Shown here: piece after piece, positions 16,664 to 25,469 of the stretch | How the letters are laid out: every line of letters starts with the position of its first letter | Position numbering within the stretch: position 1 is the first letter of the stretch | Source of the DNA: an uncultured Nitrospiraceae bacterium | GTDB taxonomy: Bacteria > Nitrospirota > Thermodesulfovibrionia > Thermodesulfovibrionales > SM23-35 | Length of the DNA: 48,703 nucleotides | Direction: 5' to 3' | Assembly (NCBI GenBank): GCA_964639385.1 | Contig: CAZXCW010000002.1 | Span: 1-48,703 of the forward strand | Position numbers and translations under genes: made by a program | The notes under the pieces: model-generated | What the model was told of the DNA's origin: nothing | Seen by the model: only the letters and a program-made list of their open reading frames with translations | Databases searched by the model: none

Positions 16664-19474
16664 ATGCTCAATTTTCTCATATTTCTTTCCATAGGCATTA
16701 TCTTCTTTCTCCCAGTTCTACGCAACCTGAAGCTAAGACGATACAAGAGCGCAGGGACATTTGCACTGCTTGGACTCGTGGCGCTTTCCGGCATTTTCAT
16801 CTACAGTGAAGTTTACCTTACGTCACTCTGGTTTGACAACCTTGGATATGCAAGCCGTTACTGGAGTGTGGTATTTCTCCAGGTGAAGCTTTTTCTCGCC
16901 GGCGGATTTGTGGCGATATCCTTCGGCGTGGCAAATGTATTTTTCTGGTACCACGGAGCAAAAAAACAGACAGATCCATGGCCCATAAGAGACAACCGCT
17001 TAAGGTTCATACTCTTCGCCAGCCTTCTCCTTCAGATACCATTGTTTATTGTTGCCGGCACGATAAGCTCCGCACACTGGAACGAGGCGCTTCTTTTCTT
17101 AAATGCCGTACCCTTCGGAAAAGAAGACCCCGTATTTTTCAAAGACATAGGGTTCTATATATTTAGTCTCCCCTTTTTGAAGTTCATCGTTGATTCGCTC
17201 GGCAGCCTCTTCTTTTTTTCTCTTTTGCTTGTCGGGGGTCTCTATATAGTCGAGAATATCCTTCTTCGTACGTCCCAAGGACTTACCCTGAACACCGTTG
17301 ACCGGAACCCTTATCTCCACCGTCTCGTCACGCAGATCTCCGCAAACTTCATCTTCGGCACCTTCATCTTTATCGCTAATACCTTTATCTCCCGCTATAA
17401 GCTCCTCTATTCCCATCGCGGTGTCGTTTTCGGGGCAGGATGGACAGACCTGCACGCGCAGCTCCCTGCATACAATGTTGCTCTCGTGGCTCTAACAGGG
17501 TGCCTCATTCTATTCCTCTACGCATCGTTTACGAGTTCTACCAGACGGACTGTAGGGATCTATTTCGCAAGTGCGATTCTCCTCGGAGCAATATGGAGTG
17601 TCGGTCTTAAAGTAATCCCTGAGATAATCCAGCACTTCAGGGTTGCGCCGAACGAACTCCCTCTCGAAAAGTCATACCTCGAACGGAACATCAATTTCAC
17701 AAAAGAAGCATACGGACTCACGAACGTAACCGAGATAGAGTATCCCATCAATCCCTCGCCGAGCGGAGTCCTCGCCCAAAGTGACCTGGCGATCATCAAC
17801 GGCATACGACTCTGGGCGCCTGATATCCTCAAATCGGTGAACGACCAAACGCAGTTCATACGCCTCTATTACAATTTCCCAGACGTGGACGTCGACCGCT
17901 ACGTTCTCAGCGGGAAACTGACCCAGCTCATGCTCTCCCTGCGGGAGCTGAACATCAACCGCCTCGCCGCCCAGTCAAGAACATTTCAGAACGAAACGAT
18001 GATTTATACGCATGGCTATGGAGATGTCGCTGCTCCTGTAAACAAGTTCACCCATGAAGGGTTGCCTGAATATTACATCAAGGATATTCCACCGGTTGCG
18101 TCTTATCCCGAACTTAAGATAGATCAGCCACGCATCTACTTCGGCGAGGAGACATATAACCATGTTTACGTTAATACCAGGCTGAAAGAATTCGATTTTC
18201 CGAAGGGTGACACCAACGCCCAGAATACGTATACAGGGAAATCAGGTGTTAAAATTGACAGCTTCTTGAAAAAACTCGCTATTGCCATTCATTTCGACGG
18301 ACTGAGGCTCTTCACTACCCAGGAACTCACTTCCGAAAGCCGCATTCTCTTCATGCGGGACATCAATCGCAGAGTAAGTACAATCGCACCTTTTCTCACC
18401 TTTGATCATGACATGTACCATGTAATAGCCGAAGGAAAGATCTATTTCATTTGGGATGGTTATACGACTGCAACGACCTATCCATATTCTCAACCGATCA
18501 TGAGAAACGTAAACTACATACGAAACAGTGTGAAGGCAGTAATCGATGCCTATAATGGCTCTGTGGACTTCTATATTGCAGATAGAACCGATCCTGTCAT
18601 TCAGGCTTATGCCAAAGCCTTCCCGTCCCTGTTTAAGCCCTTTGACGCCATGCCTCAATCACTGAAGGCCCATGTGAGGTACCCCGAGGACCTGCTCACC
18701 ATTCAGAGCCACATCTATGCAATTTATCACATGGCGGACCCCGGCGTTTTTTACAACCGCGAGGACGCCTGGGAAGTATCCCGAGTCGCAGTAAAGGCAG
18801 AGGAGGCGCAACCCATTCCAGCTTATTATCTGATCTCCAAGCTGCCCGATTCTGACAAGGAGGAATTTGTTCTAACGCTCCCATTCTCCCCTTACAGCAC
18901 TGACAAGAACAGTCCGAGAAACAACATGGTATCCATGATCATGGCGCGGTGCGATGGCGATAAGTACGGCAAGCTGGTGCTCTTTAAATTCCCGAAAGAC
19001 CGCCAGGTTTACGGCCCGCTACAGATCGGCATCCGCATTAATCAGGAGGAGACTATAAGCAAGGACCTCAGTCTCTGGAACCAGCGGGGAAGCCAGGTAA
19101 GGTTCGGAAACCTCCTCGCCGTACCACTTTCCGGATACCGCATCATGTACGTACAGCCTATCTATATCCAAGCATCCGTAGGGAAAATGCCCGAGTTGAG
19201 AAGAGTCGTGGTAGTGTTCGGCGATCAGCTTGCCTACGGCGGATCCTTTGAAGAAGCCCTTGGTAAATTCTTTCCGCAGATTGCGGTTTCTGCAAGCTAC
19301 AGCGCCTCAAAACTCACAGCAACAAAAGAGGAAAAGATAGCGAACAGACAGGACCTCGTTGCCGCCGCAGCCAAGGCCTTCGAGAACTACCGGAACTTCA
19401 TGGGCAAAGGGAAGTACGAAGAAGCAGGAAAAGCCCTTGAGGAACTCGGCAGGATACTGAACCAGCTGAAATAA
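16664..19474 (+). CDS. UPF0182 family large membrane protein
   Basis: 936 aa with an N-terminal polytopic membrane region carrying the LWFDNLGY motif, then a long soluble region. GAAGGAGAC lies 4 nt before the ATG. The gene is visibly more G+C-rich than its neighbours. Confidence 0.8.
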   Translation: MLNFLIFLSIGIIFFLPVLRNLKLRRYKSAGTFALLGLVALSGIFIYSEVYLTSLWFDNLGYASRYWSVVFLQVKLFLAGGFVAISFGVANVFFWYHGAKKQTDPWPIRDNRLRFILFASLLLQIPLFIVAGTISSAHWNEALLFLNAVPFGKEDPVFFKDIGFYIFSLPFLKFIVDSLGSLFFFSLLLVGGLYIVENILLRTSQGLTLNTVDRNPYLHRLVTQISANFIFGTFIFIANTFISRYKLLYSHRGVVFGAGWTDLHAQLPAYNVALVALTGCLILFLYASFTSSTRRTVGIYFASAILLGAIWSVGLKVIPEIIQHFRVAPNELPLEKSYLERNINFTKEAYGLTNVTEIEYPINPSPSGVLAQSDLAIINGIRLWAPDILKSVNDQTQFIRLYYNFPDVDVDRYVLSGKLTQLMLSLRELNINRLAAQSRTFQNETMIYTHGYGDVAAPVNKFTHEGLPEYYIKDIPPVASYPELKIDQPRIYFGEETYNHVYVNTRLKEFDFPKGDTNAQNTYTGKSGVKIDSFLKKLAIAIHFDGLRLFTTQELTSESRILFMRDINRRVSTIAPFLTFDHDMYHVIAEGKIYFIWDGYTTATTYPYSQPIMRNVNYIRNSVKAVIDAYNGSVDFYIADRTDPVIQAYAKAFPSLFKPFDAMPQSLKAHVRYPEDLLTIQSHIYAIYHMADPGVFYNREDAWEVSRVAVKAEEAQPIPAYYLISKLPDSDKEEFVLTLPFSPYSTDKNSPRNNMVSMIMARCDGDKYGKLVLFKFPKDRQVYGPLQIGIRINQEETISKDLSLWNQRGSQVRFGNLLAVPLSGYRIMYVQPIYIQASVGKMPELRRVVVVFGDQLAYGGSFEEALGKFFPQIAVSASYSASKLTATKEEKIANRQDLVAAAAKAFENYRNFMGKGKYEEAGKALEELGRILNQLK

Positions 19475-19723
19475 CTACTCCACTCTTTATTTCGGGGGAT
19501 GGGATAGTCCGTAAAGTTCTTTTCTCTGCTGATAGACAATGGTAATTTCCCGTAATGTTGCTTTCTGATTTTAGCCAGAGAGCAAGAGTACAAACAGAAA
19601 TCAATAAGATCAAACCCCACACTTATGACATGTATATCTATGATACAAACATAATTTGTCATTATTTATCCTTCCTATCGCCTTATCAATTTCTCATTTA
19701 TCTTTAAAATCAATGACGTACAG

Positions 19724-20902
19724 ATGATTGTTATGGGCATAAATTATGCTAAACAATTGCGGATAAAGGTTAGGATGATCATGAAGAACAGTAACTTGGA
19801 AAAGCATTATAGATATTTCTTTGTTCTGCTGTTTACTGTTTGCTGCCTGCTGTCTACCGCCTCCTTTGCAAAGGAAATTCGTTCCCGTTCAGTTATGGTG
19901 ATGGATGCCTCAACAGGAGAAATGTTGTATGCAAAAAATCCATACCTTAGACGCCCCCCTGCAAGCACAACAAAATTGATGACAGCAATCATAGCAGTAG
20001 AGAATGCAAATCTTTCAGATGTAGTGACAATAAGCAGGAATGCATCACGTGTCTCGCCCCATAAAGCAGGATTCAGAGAAGGTGATCAGGTAACTGTCGA
20101 GGAACTTCTATATGTTGCACTCCTTGATTCTGCAAACGATGCTGCCGTTGCGCTCTCTGAAGTGGTTGCCGGCTCGGAGACGAAGTTCGTAACACTCATG
20201 AACAGGAGAGCACGCGCTATTGGTGCGGTGAACACAAGATTTATTAACTCAAGCGGACTTCCTGGTCGTGGTCAGTATACGACCGCATATGATTTGGCAA
20301 AGATCATGAGTTATGTGCTCCGATATCAAAAACTGAAAGAGATCATCGGGACCCGCGTAGCAGAGATTTCTACGGAGAACGGGAAATCGATTTTCCTGCG
20401 AAATACGAACATGCTTTTATGGTCTGAAGAAGATCTCGTGGGAGGAAAGACAGGGTATACACGTAAGGCGATGCACTGTTTTGTATGTGCCAGTGAACGT
20501 GAGAATGAAACAGTGATTGTGGCGATTCTTGGAAGCCCAAGCAGAGATAGTCTATGGAGAGAATCGAGCACCCTGATCAGTAAAGGGTTTGAGGTACTGG
20601 GGAATAAGGGGAAACCCTTTGTCTATATAACAAAAACATATTCTGATACAGCCGACATCAGGAAGGCATCACATGAGAAGAATATAGAGATCAAGGCTCA
20701 TAGTTCGAAATTCAAAAAGGGGAAGAAGATTGTCGTACAGAAAACAGCAAAACATAGGAAGACAAAGGTATTTACAAAGAAGAGGTCAAAAATAAAGATG
20801 CTGGTGAAGAAAAAGGGGGAAACCTATGCAAAGGGCAGACATCACGAAGAAAAGAACTTCAACACTGCAGAGCAAAGTAGAACTGACCGAAATAAAGGGT
20901 AA
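19724..20902 (+). CDS. D-alanyl-D-alanine carboxypeptidase (peptidase S11, PBP5/6-like) with Lys-rich C-terminal tail
   Basis: The SxxK (ASTTK), SxN (DSAND) and KTG (KTGYT) motifs are all present. The true start is probably the internal ATG at 19775 or 19781 (MKNSNLEKHYRYFFVLLFTVCCLL, a signal sequence). Confidence 0.85.
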   Translation: MIVMGINYAKQLRIKVRMIMKNSNLEKHYRYFFVLLFTVCCLLSTASFAKEIRSRSVMVMDASTGEMLYAKNPYLRRPPASTTKLMTAIIAVENANLSDVVTISRNASRVSPHKAGFREGDQVTVEELLYVALLDSANDAAVALSEVVAGSETKFVTLMNRRARAIGAVNTRFINSSGLPGRGQYTTAYDLAKIMSYVLRYQKLKEIIGTRVAEISTENGKSIFLRNTNMLLWSEEDLVGGKTGYTRKAMHCFVCASERENETVIVAILGSPSRDSLWRESSTLISKGFEVLGNKGKPFVYITKTYSDTADIRKASHEKNIEIKAHSSKFKKGKKIVVQKTAKHRKTKVFTKKRSKIKMLVKKKGETYAKGRHHEEKNFNTAEQSRTDRNKG

Positions 20903-20962
20903 GAACGTGACGGTTTAGCTTTTATTTTAGAATTGGCAAGCTTTTAGTTAAAAATCGGCAAG

Positions 20963-21307
20963 ATGAAGCTAAAAGCGGATAATGGAAGAAAAGAGATGGA
21001 GCGATACAAAGAGCAAGAAAAGCGTAGATATGAGAGGAGACTATTTGCTAAGGTTATAAAGTATACCCCCTACCAACACTTGGGAAAATCAACTGAGATT
21101 GCTTGCGAAGGCTTTACATTTGACATCAGTAAAAGAGGTCTTTCAATGATAACGGACTGTCCTCTCAAAAAAGGAGATATTTTGTTCTTTGAACCAGAGA
21201 TGAAGGTTAATGACTCTACGGCAAAGGTCGCTACTGTAAAATGGGTAAGGGAAATTGATAAAGATGAATATAAGGTAGGATTAAAGATCTATATAGAGGC
21301 AGGATGA
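20963..21307 (+). CDS. PilZ-domain protein (single domain)
   Basis: RRYERR (RxxxR) and DISKRGL (D/NxSxxG) c-di-GMP-binding motifs, 114 aa. The start is uncertain, with an alternative ATG at 20996. Confidence 0.7.
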   Translation: MKLKADNGRKEMERYKEQEKRRYERRLFAKVIKYTPYQHLGKSTEIACEGFTFDISKRGLSMITDCPLKKGDILFFEPEMKVNDSTAKVATVKWVREIDKDEYKVGLKIYIEAG

Positions 21308-21471
21308 AAGTCTTATATGATCCGTTCTCAGATTTTGCAATTACTGCATAATTACATATATGCTAACTTTCAACCTGACCTTCCCCCCCGAATTGATGGA
21401 CATACCAAAGAATTTGTATCATTGGACACTCAGGAGGTGTGTGTATGGGAAAAGAGGAATGGATATCGAAA

Positions 21472-22569
21472 TTATACCAACACCAGATTATCTCTGTGTA
21501 TCACCTCATCAGAATATTTGTAACCAAGTATCTTTTCGATCTCTGATGTCTTCTTACCCTTAATTTTTCCCACCTCTGAATACGAATAATTTGTTAGACC
21601 CTTTGCAATGCGATTTTTCTTTGAATCAAGACAATAGACGGCATCGCCTATATCGAAATCACCTTCAACAGAAATTATGCCTGAAGGAAGAAGACTTTTC
21701 CCTCTCTGTATAATAGCCTTTACAGCCCCCTCATCAAGCATTATACTTCCTTTTGCGCGGGTGCTGTAGGCAATCCATCCCTTTCTTAAAGAAAGTCTTC
21801 CCTCTTTTGGCTTGAAGAGTGTACCTGAGTGTTTACCTCTCATAAGAGAACAGAGGAGTCCATCTTTCCTACCATTGATTATGTGGACAGTGATACCATG
21901 GTTTACGGCCTTCTTTGCTGCAAGGAGTTTTGAATACATCCCCCCTGTTCCCACTATGCTTCCCGTACCCTTTGCCTTTGCTTCAAGTTGAGGTGTTATC
22001 TCCTCGACATGTTCAATGATCCTCGCACTTGGATGAACCTTCGGATCCTCTGTATAAAGTCCATCAACATCCGAAAGTATTATGAGCCTTTCAGCCTCAA
22101 TGAGACTTGCAACAAGAGTAGCGAGGTTATCATTGTCCCCAAACTTAATCTCATCTGTAGCAACTGTATCATTTTCGTTTACAATGGGGATAACTCCGTA
22201 GGTAAGAAGAGTCGTCAGGGTATTCTTTGAATTTATGTACCTCCTTCTATCAGAGAAATCTTCTCTTGTGAGAAGCACTTGTGCAACTTTTTTATTAAAC
22301 TCGCTGAAATTCTTTTCATAAGCCCACATAAGGCTGGACTGGCCTATTGCTGCTGATGCCTGCTTCAGCTTTACGTCTTTTGGCCTCTCCTTGAGACCAA
22401 GTTTCTTCATACCTGCTGCGATAGCCCCTGAGGATACCAAAACAACATCAAACCCAAGGTCTGTAAGACCTGCTACATCCTTGGCTATTAAATGTATACG
22501 CCTATTATCGAGCCCTTCTTTGGCATCTGTAAGGATGTTACTTCCTATTTTCACCACAAGTCTTTTCAT
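21472..22569 (-). CDS. proB: Glutamate 5-kinase (with C-terminal PUA domain)
   Basis: LVVKIGSNILT N-terminus, an amino-acid kinase fold and a PUA tail. The track start at 22584 is a GTG. I prefer the ATG at 22569 (MKRLVVKIGS), but with low certainty. Confidence 0.9.
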   Translation of the reverse strand: MKRLVVKIGSNILTDAKEGLDNRRIHLIAKDVAGLTDLGFDVVLVSSGAIAAGMKKLGLKERPKDVKLKQASAAIGQSSLMWAYEKNFSEFNKKVAQVLLTREDFSDRRRYINSKNTLTTLLTYGVIPIVNENDTVATDEIKFGDNDNLATLVASLIEAERLIILSDVDGLYTEDPKVHPSARIIEHVEEITPQLEAKAKGTGSIVGTGGMYSKLLAAKKAVNHGITVHIINGRKDGLLCSLMRGKHSGTLFKPKEGRLSLRKGWIAYSTRAKGSIMLDEGAVKAIIQRGKSLLPSGIISVEGDFDIGDAVYCLDSKKNRIAKGLTNYSYSEVGKIKGKKTSEIEKILGYKYSDEVIHRDNLVLV

Positions 22570-22606
22570 ATGGTATCTTTTCACTTTAGCATAATAAATT
22601 TAGTCT

Positions 22607-22645
22607 AATAAATTTTTGAACAATGTCTGCATCATTCGGATTAAT
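22607..22645 (-). repeat. Solo copy of the MITE-type terminal repeat
   Basis: The reverse complement reads TTAATCCGAATGATGCAGACATTGTTCAAAAATTTATTA, nearly identical to 3381..3418. It abuts the obg stop codon. Confidence 0.55.
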
Positions 22646-23682
22646 CACTTCTGAAAAGGCTCTGTAGCGATGTTTCTTTTTCCTTTTGCTTTCTCAACCT
22701 TGGTTATAAGATAGGTTAATAATTTTTTAATCCCCTTTCCTGCCACTGCTGATATCGCAAAAAAATCAATGTCATTAGTTTTACAGTATTGTTTAAGCCT
22801 GTCAAGTCTCTTTTTGTCAGCTATGTCGAGCTTTGTAGCTACAACAATCTGATATTTATTATGGAGTGAAGGATTATATAAGCCAAGTTCTCTGTTGATC
22901 TTCTTGAAATTATCAACCGGATCTCCTTCTGACATATTTGATATATCTATTAAATGCAGAAGGACTGATGTACGCTCAACATGCCTGAGAAACTGAAAAC
23001 CAAGCCCGGCCCCTTTATACGCACCTTCTATTAAACCTGGTATATCCGCAACAACAAAGCTTTTAAAATTTTCAAGCTTAACCACGCCCAGGTTCGGCGT
23101 AAGAGTTGTAAAAGGATAATCAGCTATTTTCGGTTTAGCTGAAGATATAACCGATATAAGTGTAGATTTTCCAGCATTTGGAAGACCTATTAACCCAATA
23201 TCTGCAAGGAGTTTTAACTCAAGTATAAGCCATCTTTCTTTACCCCTCTCACCCGGCTGTGCAAACCTTGGGGCTTTTCTAACAGGGGTAGCAAAATGTG
23301 CATTGCCCAGCCCTCCCCTTCCGCCTTTAACCACAATAACATAACTTCCTTCTGATTCAAGATCTGCTATTATCTCTTTAGTACCTGCGTCCTTAATAAC
23401 TGTGCCTGTTGGAACAAGGATTGTTAAATCCTCACCACTTTCCCCACTCATTTTTTTCCCCATACCGTGTCTGCCTCGTTTTGCCTTATACTCACGTCTA
23501 TATTTCAGGTCAAGTAGGGTACTCAACTCATTCGTTGCTTTGATAGTTACATTTCCACCCCTTCCTCCGTCTCCACCATCAGGGCCGCCTCTGGGGACAT
23601 ATTTCTCTCTTCTGAAGCTGACGCACCCTCTTCCACCATCTCCAGCCTTTACATGTATCTTCACATAATCAACAAATTGCAT
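22645..23682 (-). CDS. obg: GTPase Obg/CgtA
   Basis: MQFVDYVKIHVKAGDGGRGCVSFRREK glycine-rich Obg fold, with G1 GLPNAGKST and G3 DIPGLIEGA. The length is 345 aa. Confidence 0.95.
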   Translation of the reverse strand: MQFVDYVKIHVKAGDGGRGCVSFRREKYVPRGGPDGGDGGRGGNVTIKATNELSTLLDLKYRREYKAKRGRHGMGKKMSGESGEDLTILVPTGTVIKDAGTKEIIADLESEGSYVIVVKGGRGGLGNAHFATPVRKAPRFAQPGERGKERWLILELKLLADIGLIGLPNAGKSTLISVISSAKPKIADYPFTTLTPNLGVVKLENFKSFVVADIPGLIEGAYKGAGLGFQFLRHVERTSVLLHLIDISNMSEGDPVDNFKKINRELGLYNPSLHNKYQIVVATKLDIADKKRLDRLKQYCKTNDIDFFAISAVAGKGIKKLLTYLITKVEKAKGKRNIATEPFQK

Positions 23683-23710
23683 GTTAGTCTTTTAATATTC
23701 ATTCTTAAGG

Positions 23711-23833
23711 AGCAGGCAGGACATGGTACTTTCGCTCATTATCGGTCTTATCGACCTCTCTACGAGTCGCAGACCGAGGTAAATTCTGTCTTCGAAAGAA
23801 TTTAAAACCGCTCAAATACTATGCCCTGTCATG
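23711..23833 (-). repeat. Structured intergenic repeat, copy C (inverted orientation)
   Basis: The reverse complement reads ...CAGGGCATAGTATTTGAGCGG...GATAATGAGCGAAAGTACCATGTCCTG... It has the same conserved junction blocks as copies A and B, but the two internal hairpins have different sequences. Confidence 0.7.
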
Positions 23834-23855
23834 AATACAACATATAAAACTATCC

Positions 23856-24018
23856 AATAAGACAGGAAAGGCTGGTGAAGAATTTTTATACGACACCTTA
23901 AAGTAAAACCCTTGAGGCGTAAACAAAAAAAATCATTAGTTGTTAAAGCACTTGCGATTACCATTCAATAATCTGTCGTCGATTATAAAAATTCTGAGAC
24001 AGTCTTTCCTGTCTTATT
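23856..24018. repeat. Long imperfect palindrome (two ~41-nt inverted arms, 78-nt spacer)
   Basis: The left arm at 23856..23896 is AATAAGACAGGAAAGGCTGGTGAAGAATTTTTATACGACAC. The reverse complement of 23975..24018 is AATAAGACAGGAAAGACTGTCTCAGAATTTTTATAATCGACGAC. Confidence 0.6.
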
Positions 24019-24084
24019 TTCTGGAAGATCAACTATCTTCTACCTAAGGAATAATAACCCATATAATGCACTATTTAGGTTAAC

Positions 24085-24115
24085 AAAAAAGGCGGGCAAA
24101 GAGCCCGCCTTTTTT
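24085..24115 (-). terminator. Bidirectional rho-independent terminator downstream of rpmA
   Basis: AAAAAA-GGCGGGC-AAAGA-GCCCGCC-TTTTTT forms a perfect 7-bp GC-rich stem with U-runs on both strands. It lies ~20 nt after the rpmA stop. Confidence 0.85.
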
Positions 24116-24133
24116 GTTAATTCACAATACTTC

Positions 24134-24406
24134 TTATTGAACTACTGATTGATCTGCTGGATAAACGCTTACCTGCAATCTTACCCTGTCTCTCCTTTCG
24201 AAGCTAACTATACCGTCAATCTTTGCAAAAAGGGTATCATCTGACCCTCTGCCAACATTCATGCCTGGATGAAACTTCGTTCCTCTCTGCCTTACAAGAA
24301 TATTACCCGCGCGAACAAACTGCCCTCCGAACCTTTTAACCCCAAGCCGTTTTGACTCGCTGTCGCGCCCATTCCTTGTACTACCTACACCCTTTTTATG
24401 TGCCAT
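24134..24406 (-). CDS. rpmA: 50S ribosomal protein L27
   Basis: [29 protein letters not shown] set the start at the ATG at 24406, which has GGAGG 5 nt upstream. The track start adds 4 aa. Confidence 0.95.
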   Translation of the reverse strand: MAHKKGVGSTRNGRDSESKRLGVKRFGGQFVRAGNILVRQRGTKFHPGMNVGRGSDDTLFAKIDGIVSFERRDRVRLQVSVYPADQSVVQ

Positions 24407-24407
24407 C

Positions 24408-24725
24408 TCATCCTCCAAAAACTATCTCTTTAATCTTCAAAGATGTATAAGGTTGCCTGTGTCCCCTGAGTCTCCTAAAAACCTTACGCGGTTTCTGTTT
24501 AAACACCAAAACCTTTTTCGCCTTCCATATATCCTCAACAGTTGCTACAACCTTGGCTTCAGTGACATATGGGGAGCCATATATATTCGTGCCTTCCTTG
24601 GAGACCATAAGAACCTTGTCAAGAACAATCTCAGAACCTTTATCCAGAGAAAGCTTGTCAACTCTTAGGGTATCACCAGAAAAAACCTTGTATTGTTTCC
24701 CCCTATTTTCAACTATTGCATACAT
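24408..24725 (-). CDS. rplU: 50S ribosomal protein L21
   Basis: [14 protein letters not shown] is the canonical L21 N-terminus. I trimmed the start to the ATG at 24725. Confidence 0.92.
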   Translation of the reverse strand: MYAIVENRGKQYKVFSGDTLRVDKLSLDKGSEIVLDKVLMVSKEGTNIYGSPYVTEAKVVATVEDIWKAKKVLVFKQKPRKVFRRLRGHRQPYTSLKIKEIVFGG

Positions 24726-24765
24726 TATATTTACAATATCATAAAATTGCAGCGAAAACAAGCTA

Positions 24766-25446
24766 CTATGACCCCTCGATGGTGTCTAAAAACCTCTTTA
24801 ACAATTTTTTGTCTTCATCAGAAACCTCAACAAACTCTACACCCATATCATACTTTGTAAAATTTTCTAAAGTAACCTTTACACAATTTTTAATCCTGCC
24901 CATAATATTTACAACTTTACTATCGAGTACGAGCTCCATATCAACCATAGATAATGGTTCAAAAGGATATTCAGTTTCAATCTCCATTCCAGAAAGGCTT
25001 ATATTTTTCACACCATAACCATAAGGATAGCCAATCTTGATGTCTTTAGGAGAAACAATCTTACACCTTGCTCCTCCCAGTCTTCTTTCAAGTGTTATAA
25101 CTCTACTCTCTTCAATAAAACTCACAAGCATGTTTGATTTTTCACTCATTATGTCAGTAAATTTTACTCCAGCCTTATAAACAGGGATTATTTCTCCTGA
25201 TTCTTTTTTTTCTGTGCGGTCCAGTACAGACCATACTACAAGTCCACGTAAGCATAAAGGAGCATCTCTATGATAGATTTTAAATGTGTATTCTCTGTTG
25301 AGATCTAATCTTTTTGTGGTCTCTATGGCTGCTCCATCAACACTGATATTGATTATATTTAAATCTGAAAGAAAGTGTACGATTCCGTAGATTCCTTCTA
25401 CGCTAAACCGTTTATGCTTTCTCCTATTGCCTGATCTATCTGTCAT
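24766..25446 (-). CDS. Tandem PilZ-domain protein
   Basis: Domain 1 has RRKHKR plus NISVDGA. Domain 2 has NISLSGM, but its RxxxR is degenerate (RRLGGAR). The length is 226 aa. Confidence 0.7.
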   Translation of the reverse strand: MTDRSGNRRKHKRFSVEGIYGIVHFLSDLNIINISVDGAAIETTKRLDLNREYTFKIYHRDAPLCLRGLVVWSVLDRTEKKESGEIIPVYKAGVKFTDIMSEKSNMLVSFIEESRVITLERRLGGARCKIVSPKDIKIGYPYGYGVKNISLSGMEIETEYPFEPLSMVDMELVLDSKVVNIMGRIKNCVKVTLENFTKYDMGVEFVEVSDEDKKLLKRFLDTIEGS

Positions 25447-25469
25447 AATTGTTTAAACTCCAACTTATT

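Noticed and set aside
16579-16809. 76-aa ORF upstream of and overlapping the UPF0182 start
   Set aside because: It overlaps the UPF0182 CDS out of frame. The UPF0182 ATG at 16664 has a strong GAAGGAGAC RBS and this ORF has none.
19387-19662. Minus-strand ORFs (91 and 74 aa) in the spacer between UPF0182 and the carboxypeptidase gene
   Set aside because: They have no RBS, they overlap the UPF0182 3' end, and they have no motif. I treat the 250-bp spacer as non-coding. A weak resemblance (CTGCTGATAGACAATGG) to the structured repeat is too short to call.
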